64,000 nt of DNA. Origin: a virus. Both the position numbers and the translations under genes were made by a program. Each line of letters opens with the position of its first letter. Within the stretch, counting starts at the first letter, position 1. Positions 57,586 to 64,000 of this stretch are shown in pieces. The DNA is taken from positions 1 through 64,000 of IMG/VR virus record IMGVR_UViG_3300031754_000001; one strand, 5' to 3'. The notes beneath the pieces were generated by a model. The model was given only the letters and a program-made list of their open reading frames with translations. It was not told the DNA's origin and searched no databases.

Positions 57586-57831
57586 GTGGAGCCCCCGCTG
57601 ATCCCGCCGGAGGAGTTCGTCGCCCAGGTTAACGCGCGCAACCCGGGCCTGCCGTACCGGACCGCGCTGGATCCGCTGATGATGCTGCTCTGGCACACCG
57701 TCTCGGCCCCGCCGGAGCGCGACCAGCTGACGATCATCACGGGCTATTGATGAGCGGCTGGCCCGGGTCCCGCTGCTGTGGACCGCGGCCGGGCTGATGC
57801 TTGGTAACGAGGCTGTTCAGGACAAGTACGA

Positions 57832-58368
57832 CTACGAAGGCGCAACAGCCTGAATTACCCAGGTTTCGCCCCGGACGAGCATTCCGATCGTCGTCTTTCC
57901 CATGCAGAACTCCCGTGCCAGGCTGGCCTGAGACTCCCCGGCAGCATTCCGTGCCCGGATCTGCTCAACAAGTTTCCAGGTCAGCTTGGCACGGCCGTTC
58001 TGCTCGCCGGCGGGTTCCGTGCCGTCCCGCCAGCGGTCCTCCTGGTTGCGTTTTGGCGTCCCGTAGTAGAGATTGTCCGGGCTGCAGTCGGTCTGCCCTG
58101 CTGGACCATGGCAGACCTGGTGTCCTGGCGGGCGTTTCCCGATCCAGGTCTGGGCAACCAGGGTGCCGACATAACAGTTGGTACTCTCTCCGTTGACACT
58201 GAGGAGAACCATCAGGCGCTCATATTCGCCGCTTGGATAGGCTTTGCGGATACCCCCGCGCGTACCGGGCCGGGGAAGGCTGCGGATACGTCCGTGACTA
58301 GAGGCGTCGTAGAAACCTTCAAGGCCAGGAATCGCCCGCCACTGCTCGGGCTCGCTAAGATAGCTCAC
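57832..58368 (-). CDS. NUMOD4-HNH homing endonuclease
   Basis: EQWRAIPG..YDASSHGRIRS; VCH..D..DNLYYGTPKRN; AKLT..HTH. Confidence 0.88.
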   Translation of the reverse strand: MSYLSEPEQWRAIPGLEGFYDASSHGRIRSLPRPGTRGGIRKAYPSGEYERLMVLLSVNGESTNCYVGTLVAQTWIGKRPPGHQVCHGPAGQTDCSPDNLYYGTPKRNQEDRWRDGTEPAGEQNGRAKLTWKLVEQIRARNAAGESQASLAREFCMGKTTIGMLVRGETWVIQAVAPS

Positions 58369-58503
58369 AGCGCAGGTCCAATCTGCGTCAGGTGGCCCGG
58401 TCGCTGCCCTGGACGGCACGGCCGGGCTGATACCTGGATGTTACCCGCGGCTGCGGCCTTCTGGAGCCAGCCTCTCTCGTTTCACGGAGGGAGGTGATGC
58501 TAA

Positions 58504-59578
58504 GTGCGTGTTCTGATTTGTCACCCAGGACCCGATTTTTCCGTAGCAGATGTTTATGCGGGCTGGACCGAAGGCCTGAAAGAAATGGGTTGTGAAGTGG
58601 CCGGATACAATCTTTTACCCAACGACAGGCTCATTTTCTACTCGCTGGCCCTGATCGACAGCGGGGAAGAGGATGAAACCGGGCACCCGATCGTGCGCCA
58701 GGCGATGACTCAGGAGCAGGCTTTTGCTGCTGCTATGCAGGGATTGAGTCATGCCTGTTATACTTTCTGGCCCGATGCCATCTTGTTTATCAGCGGGTTC
58801 TTTCTCAATGCCGCTACTTACGAGCTACTGCGCAGCCGTAAGCACAAGCTAGTCATCCTGAATACAGAATCGCCTTATTTACCAGGACAACGAGCAGCTG
58901 ACCCGCGGGCAGCTCGCGCACCTGAACCTGCTGAATGACCCCACGAACCTGGAATCGTTCAGGAAAGTGACCCCGGCTGAGTACATGCCGCACGCCTACC
59001 GGCCTTCCGTGCATTATCCCCGGCGGGGACCGCGCAACCCGGAACTGGTCAGCGACCTGTGCTTCATCGGCACCGCATTCCGGAGCCGGGTGGAGTTTTT
59101 CGAGAAGATGGACCTGGCCGGGCTTGACGTGCTGATCGGCGGAGCCGACTGGGGCTCGGTCGACCCGGGCAGCCCGCTGGCGCCGTTCATCGGGTCCGGG
59201 GTCGGCAACCCCGATTGCGTCGACAACACCGAGGCGGCCAGGCTGTACCGGCACGCGAAAGCCGGCCTCAACTTCTACCGGCGGGAAACCGCCGAGGCCG
59301 AGAACTGGGACGGCACCGCCTGGGCGATGGGGCCGCGGGAGATCGAGCTGGCCGCCACGGAGCTATTCTTCCTCCGGGATCCCCGGCCCGAGGGCGACGA
59401 GGTGCTGTCTATGCTGCCCACGTTCACCGGTCCGGAAGACGCGAGCGGGAAGCTGCGCTGGTGGCTAGCGCACGACCGCGAACGGGAGAAACGAGCTGCC
59501 CAGGCCCGCGCTGCGATCGCGGACCGGACGTTCACCGCGAACGCCCGCCGCCTGCTCCAGCTGCTTGACAGGATCTGA
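58504..59578 (+). CDS. CgeB-like glycosyltransferase split by a 4-nt gap at 58879-58882
   Basis: ..NTESPY (frame 1) joins QDNEQ..YMPHAY..DLCFIGT..LNFYR..GPREIELAA (frame 2) at TAT-T-TAC; second TTA at 58615. Confidence 0.85.
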
Positions 59579-59581
59579 GGG

Positions 59582-59839
59582 TTATCTCTCCGGGGGCAGC
59601 CCGAGCATGGCGTTCAGGCCCTCATCCGCTATCGTGCCGCTGATATCGATACTGAGCGGCGGGATGCTGCTCAGCAGCCTGATCGCCCCGGCTGCCCTCC
59701 GGATATGTTCCGTGAATTCCCGGGTGTCCTGCACGACGACGCAGCTCGCGTCCGCGGCGGCCTGGTACAGGTTTCCCCAGACATCCTGCGGCGGGGAAGG
59801 CCGGGCGATCGGGTCCAGGACGATCCGCAGCCTGATCAT
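59582..59839 (-). CDS. hypothetical protein
   Basis: 85 aa; SD GGAGGTG. Confidence 0.55.
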   Translation of the reverse strand: MIRLRIVLDPIARPSPPQDVWGNLYQAAADASCVVVQDTREFTEHIRRAAGAIRLLSSIPPLSIDISGTIADEGLNAMLGLPPER

Positions 59840-59843
59840 GTGA

Positions 59844-60143
59844 TCACCTCCAGGCCAGGTTACCCAGGCTGTCGTCGGTCTTGCCGCCGGGGCCGTGTCT
59901 CGCTCTCCGGCCGCTGCCCGGCCCGCGGAACGCCCGCAGGACGAGGCTCCCTACCGTCACTGTCGTGATCCGGCCGTACTTCGAAAGCGTTACCACCCGA
60001 TAGCCTTTGCTGTTCAGCTGCGGCGCGAGCAGGCCGCCGGCCGTGGCCGCCCTCGGCAGCGAGTACACCTGACCGCAGCAGCTCACCTCGTAGAAGCCGG
60101 CGTACCGGGGTACCGGCAGCCACTGCTCCCTGCCTGCGCACAT
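59844..60143 (-). CDS. short NUMOD4-HNH-like protein
   Basis: EQWLPVP..FYEVS..GQVYS..VLRAF..RH..D.SLGNL; lacks the last HNH residues. Confidence 0.7.
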   Translation of the reverse strand: MCAGREQWLPVPRYAGFYEVSCCGQVYSLPRAATAGGLLAPQLNSKGYRVVTLSKYGRITTVTVGSLVLRAFRGPGSGRRARHGPGGKTDDSLGNLAWR

Positions 60144-60346
60144 GAGGCCCGTACCGTGCTGCATCGTAATGAGCGTTGCCGCTCCAGCACGGGCCGGGCC
60201 TCGACTTTCCCAGGATACAGGATTGGGATCCGGGAGTTCATGAACTAGGCAACTTAAACTGATGCCGACGTTGCCGAGGCCCGTAGCTGCCCACCAGGCG
60301 TACGGATGTGGAGCCGGCTCCCTACTGTTCCTTAGAGGGAGCACAG

Positions 60347-60793
60347 TTGTCCCGCATTCACGGACGTAACGGAGTGGCGTACGTTTCTGTAGACGGCATT
60401 GGTGGCGCAAACCCTGTTGCGAGCCCCATGGCGTTCCTGAGTGACTGGAGCATCAACTTCACCGTCGCGAAAGTTGATGTTACCGCCATGCTCGACTCGA
60501 ACCTCATTTACGTTGCGGGACTCCCGGACGCATCGGGAGACTTCACGGGGTTCTACGACACCGCGACTGCTCAGACGTACGTCGCGGCTACAGACGGCCT
60601 TCCGCGAAACTTCTATCTCTACCCGTCCAACCTGGCCGCTCAGATGTCACCAGTGCCCCAATATTTCTTTGGTACTGTCCTGCCCGATTATTCACTCGCA
60701 GGTGGTGTCGCCGCAGCCGTATCACTCAAGAGCACTTGGAACGCGGCCAGCCGGATCCAGCGGTACCCGGTTTACGGCCTGCCGGGCACCTGA
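60347..60793 (+). CDS. major tail (tube) protein
   Basis: SRIHGRNG..WSIN..DVT..YVAGLPDASG.F.GFYD; TTG start; SD GAGGGAG. Confidence 0.85.
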   Translation: MSRIHGRNGVAYVSVDGIGGANPVASPMAFLSDWSINFTVAKVDVTAMLDSNLIYVAGLPDASGDFTGFYDTATAQTYVAATDGLPRNFYLYPSNLAAQMSPVPQYFFGTVLPDYSLAGGVAAAVSLKSTWNAASRIQRYPVYGLPGT

Positions 60794-60897
60794 CAAGTCC
60801 CGGGGCGCGGAACGTGGGAAGCCGCGCCCCGGTTCCCCGTTTCTGGCATGGCCCGCTGCGCACGGGAGCTGCCCCCGTCTCGTGAGAGGAGGCAGCC

Positions 60898-61682
60898 ATG
60901 CCCGAGGAAGCAGGGCTGGACATCGATTTCGACGCCGAGCTGGCCAGGATCCAGGGCACGGGCGCCGGGGTACCGCAGCCGCCGCCCGCCGCCGAGGTGG
61001 AGGTCACCGAGGGCACGATCGTCACCTCGGACCGCACCGTGGAATTCATGGGCGAGCGGTTCCGTATCAGCGACAGGATCGGCCTGATGCCGATGCTCAA
61101 GTTCTCCGCGCACGCGGACATGAGCACGTCCGACCCGGGTGCCCTGGCCGCCATGTACTCGATGCTGAAGGACTGCATCTATCCCGGCCAGCCCGGCTGC
61201 GGGAACTGCAAGGCCTGCAAGGCGGACGACGAGCGCGCGTGCAAGGACTCCGACCCGGGCGACTGGCGCAGGTTCGAGCAGCACGCCATCGACGCCAAGG
61301 CTGACGCCGACGACCTGCTGGACGTCATCACCAGGGCGATCGAGCTGATCTCGGGCCGCCCTACCGAGCCGCCCTCACCCTCCTCGGCTGGTCGGCGCAG
61401 CACGCGGGACGCCTCGATGGCACGCTCCTCCGCTCGTCGGGCCAGGGGATCGAGGCGCTGACCGTCCGGCAGTGCTGCAACGTCGCCTACTCGATCCTGA
61501 CCGAGGGCCGCAGCGACCAGGAGCTGGAGGAGCTGGACTTCGAGATCGGCATGGCCGAGAGCCCGGAGGCCGAGGCGATGCGGGCGCTGCGCGAGCACCA
61601 GGAGGCGATGGGCATGAAGTTCGCGGACCCGGATGCCCCGGTCATGGCACCGCTGGGCAGCCAGGACGAGGAGTTCCGGTAG
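60898..61682 (+). CDS. tail assembly chaperones G (60898-61461) and G-T (about 61359-61682, -1 frame)
   Basis: The GRPT motif (CGC CCT AC) opens a -1 frame PYRAALTLLGW..EEFR*; position between major tail and tape measure genes. Confidence 0.75.
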
Positions 61683-61876
61683 TGGATGACTTCGGCCGCC
61701 ATCTCGGGTGCCTGCTGTACGGGCTCCTGGGCCTGGCCGCGGGCGGCATCCTCGTCGCGGTCGTGCTCGCGTGCCTGATCCTGGCGGGCGTGCTGTTATG
61801 GCCGGCGATATCGCGTGGGACGATGCCGCGCTGTATGACCTGCTGCACTCCCCGGTCGGGCCGGTCGGGGAGCTGA
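61682..61876 (+). CDS. small membrane protein; in-frame TTA at 61796 overlaps the next ATG
   Basis: VDDFGRHLGCLLY..AGVL then TTA; TTATG. Confidence 0.55.
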   Translation: MDDFGRHLGCLLYGLLGLAAGGILVAVVLACLILAGVLLWPAISRGTMPRCMTCCTPRSGRSGS

Positions 61877-62250
61877 TCGCCGAGCTGAGCGAGCGCGGCG
61901 CGGCCGTGGCCCGCGCGGTGGTCCCGATCCGCCGCAGCCGGGCCGGGCATAACAGCACCGCTAAGCCGCCCGGGTTCACCAAGGCCGGCATCCGCGTGCA
62001 CGGCCCGGTTACCGGCAGCCGCGGCGGCCTGTACGGGGGCGTGAATGCGCCTTTCGACCCGGGCGCCTTCCTGGAATACCCGGCTGAGCAGATGTCGAGA
62101 ACCTACCCGTTCCTCACGACCGGCATGAATTCGCTGGAGTTGTTATGGCCGGCCGCAAACTCGGCGACGTGTTCTTCGTGGTCAGCCCGGAGACTAAGTA
62201 CTTCCGGGCGGAAACCGACGCCGGGATCAAGCGCGCTATCGCCGGGATGA
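61798..62250 (+). CDS. neck/tail-completion (HK97 gp10-like) protein; TTA at 62143 overlaps the tape measure ATG
   Basis: LLHSPVGPV..ARAVVP..FLEYPA..YPFLTTG. Confidence 0.7.
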   Translation: MAGDIAWDDAALYDLLHSPVGPVGELIAELSERGAAVARAVVPIRRSRAGHNSTAKPPGFTKAGIRVHGPVTGSRGGLYGGVNAPFDPGAFLEYPAEQMSRTYPFLTTGMNSLELLWPAANSATCSSWSARRLSTSGRKPTPGSSALSPG

Positions 62251-64000
62251 AAGTGACCGTACCGGTCGGCGCGGACGCCAGGAGCGCGATCGCCACGATT
62301 GACGGCCTGCAGGCCAAGATGAAGGCCGTCGCCGCCAGGCTGTCCGACCTGCGGATCGGCGCCGACGATAAGGCAGCCGAAGCCGTGATCGTCCGGCTGC
62401 AGGCCAAGCTGGCCGCGCTGGCCAAGGCTGTCTCTGCTATCACGATGACCGCGGACACCACCAAGCTGGACGCCTCTATCGCCAGGGAGAAGGCAAAGCT
62501 GGAAGCGCTGCGCCTGGCTGCCAGTGACCTGAAGATGGACGCCGACAGCACGGCCGCCGTCGCGAAGATCGCCGCCCTGGAAGCACAGGCGTTCCACCTC
62601 GGCAAGAGCCTGGATAAGCTGACCGCCGATGTCGATATCGACCGTGCGCTTACCAAGATCTACGCGATCGAGGCCGAGCTGAAAGTGCTCCGGTCCCGTG
62701 CTGAAGTCATCCGGCTGGACGCGGACTCCAAGGCCATCACCGCCGCGATCACCGCGACCGAGGCCTCGATCGCGGACCTGTCCCACAAAGCAGCGGACAT
62801 CAAGCTGGGCGCCAGCATCGACACCGGCAAGCTGCTGACCGCCGAAGCCGGGCTGCTCGGCATCGAGGCGGCCGTAGAGAAACTAACCCCTGTCGCGGTC
62901 AAGGGCGATGCCGCGCTCGGCGCGCTCGGCGCCGCCCTCACCGGAACCGGTACCGGCTGGGGATTCCTGACCCGGAACATCGCGCTGTTCGGCGGCATAT
63001 TCAACCGGGTACTGCCGATGGTCGCCACGTCCGTCGCGGTCTGGCACGTGCTGGCCGACGCGGTTATCGAAGTCGCCGCGGTCTGGATCCCGGCGGGCCT
63101 GGCCGTGGGCGCCTTCGCCATCGCGGCCTCTGACGCGGCGACGGAAATCCAGCGGCGGATGACCGCCGTGCACACCGTGATGGACGCTACCGGCCAGTCC
63201 GTCCCGCCGCTGACCCGGGCCATGGAGAACCTGCATAACGCGGTACGGCCCCAGGTCTACCAGCTTTTCGGTGACGCCCTGACCGTCATGAACTCCCGGA
63301 CGGGGACATTCGCGCAGGTAGCCAAGCAGACCGGCACGGTGATCGACCAGCTCGCCGCCCGGATGGTGTACGCCGTCACGGCCGGCAACAAGCTGGGCAC
63401 CAGCACTACCCAGCTCAGCGGTTTCTGGAAGACCGCCATCACCGACGCGTCCAAGCTGGGCGATTCCATCGGCAACCTGTTCGGGATCTTCGGCAATCTT
63501 TTCCGGGCCATTCCCGGGTTCGCCGCCGGGCTGCTCACCATCGGGGACGACTTCACCAAGATCCTGGAGACAGCTTCGGCCGCCGCCATCCCGGTACTCA
63601 AGTGGGTGCTGCTGCTGCACGGCTACATCCTCTACACCGGGCTCGCGGTCACCGGGACGCTGGCGTTCATCGGCGCCGTCGCCAACCTGGCCAAGCAATT
63701 CGTCACCTTCGCCGCCGGGTCCGTGCTGGCCGGAGTAGGCGCGCTGAAGGCCTTCGGGTCGACCCTGGTCAGCATCGGGCTGGCCCTGGCCGGCTACGTG
63801 GAATCGATCATCGTCGCGGACGGGGCCTCGGCCAGTTTCGCCGCGGCGCTGGCCCCGCTGGCCGCCAACCCGATGATCTGGGTGGCGGCTGCCGCCGTGG
63901 CCCTGGGCGGCCTGGTGTACTGGCTGGTCACGAGCAAGGACGCCGCGCAGCAGTTCAACGCCTCCATGCAGCAGACGATCCAGAACGCGCCGCTGTCCAA
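62145..64000 (+). CDS. tape measure protein (5' part; runs off the window)
   Basis: ATG 62145 with SD GGAG; open Ala/Leu-rich helical frame to the window end; absent from the ORF track because it has no stop. Confidence 0.85.
   Translation, partial: MAGRKLGDVFFVVSPETKYFRAETDAGIKRAIAGMKVTVPVGADARSAIATIDGLQAKMKAVAARLSDLRIGADDKAAEAVIVRLQAKLAALAKAVSAITMTADTTKLDASIAREKAKLEALRLAASDLKMDADSTAAVAKIAALEAQAFHLGKSLDKLTADVDIDRALTKIYAIEAELKVLRSRAEVIRLDADSKAITAAITATEASIADLSHKAADIKLGASIDTGKLLTAEAGLLGIEAAVEKLTPVAVKGDAALGALGAALTGTGTGWGFLTRNIALFGGIFNRVLPMVATSVAVWHVLADAVIEVAAVWIPAGLAVGAFAIAASDAATEIQRRMTAVHTVMDATGQSVPPLTRAMENLHNAVRPQVYQLFGDALTVMNSRTGTFAQVAKQTGTVIDQLAARMVYAVTAGNKLGTSTTQLSGFWKTAITDASKLGDSIGNLFGIFGNLFRAIPGFAAGLLTIGDDFTKILETASAAAIPVLKWVLLLHGYILYTGLAVTGTLAFIGAVANLAKQFVTFAAGSVLAGVGALKAFGSTLVSIGLALAGYVESIIVADGASASFAAALAPLAANPMIWVAAAAVALGGLVYWLVTSKDAAQQFNASMQQTIQNAPLS

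Noticed and set aside
7549-58882. TTA gaps as IS footprints or sequencing errors
   Set aside because: Not favoured: gap lengths vary, all begin with in-frame TTA, and most end in a synonymous codon. Read mapping is still needed to exclude error.

Overview
High-GC actinobacterial siphovirus (or prophage) late region. Left to right: a J-domain/kinase, vWA and adenylosuccinate-synthetase triad; large terminase; intein-containing portal; antisense HNH; HK97 prohead protease; major capsid; small accessory genes; a sugar-modification block (epimerase, C-methyltransferase, methyltransferases, glycosyltransferases, B12 radical SAM); a leftward unit with a GH5 glycanase, Ro60/TROVE, four Y-RNA-like repeats and about 39 tRNAs covering all 20 amino acids; then virion and tail genes up to the start of the tape measure protein. 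Three patterns stand out. (1) All 11 in-frame TTA (UUA) codons I found by eye in credible genes lie at frame breaks, short insertions, apparent C-termini or start overlaps (TTATG), often with matched take-off/landing codons, suggesting phage-wide UUA-triggered recoding; the tRNA array lacks tRNA-Leu(UAA). (2) A bulged GGC..GA-GCC stem-loop recurs about 10 times in 5' leaders and often overlaps a Shine-Dalgarno-sequestering hairpin. (3) The Ro60 gene is preceded by a modular array of Y-like RNAs, and other permuted or expanded tRNA-like RNAs occur. All calls come from reading the sequence; no searches were run.
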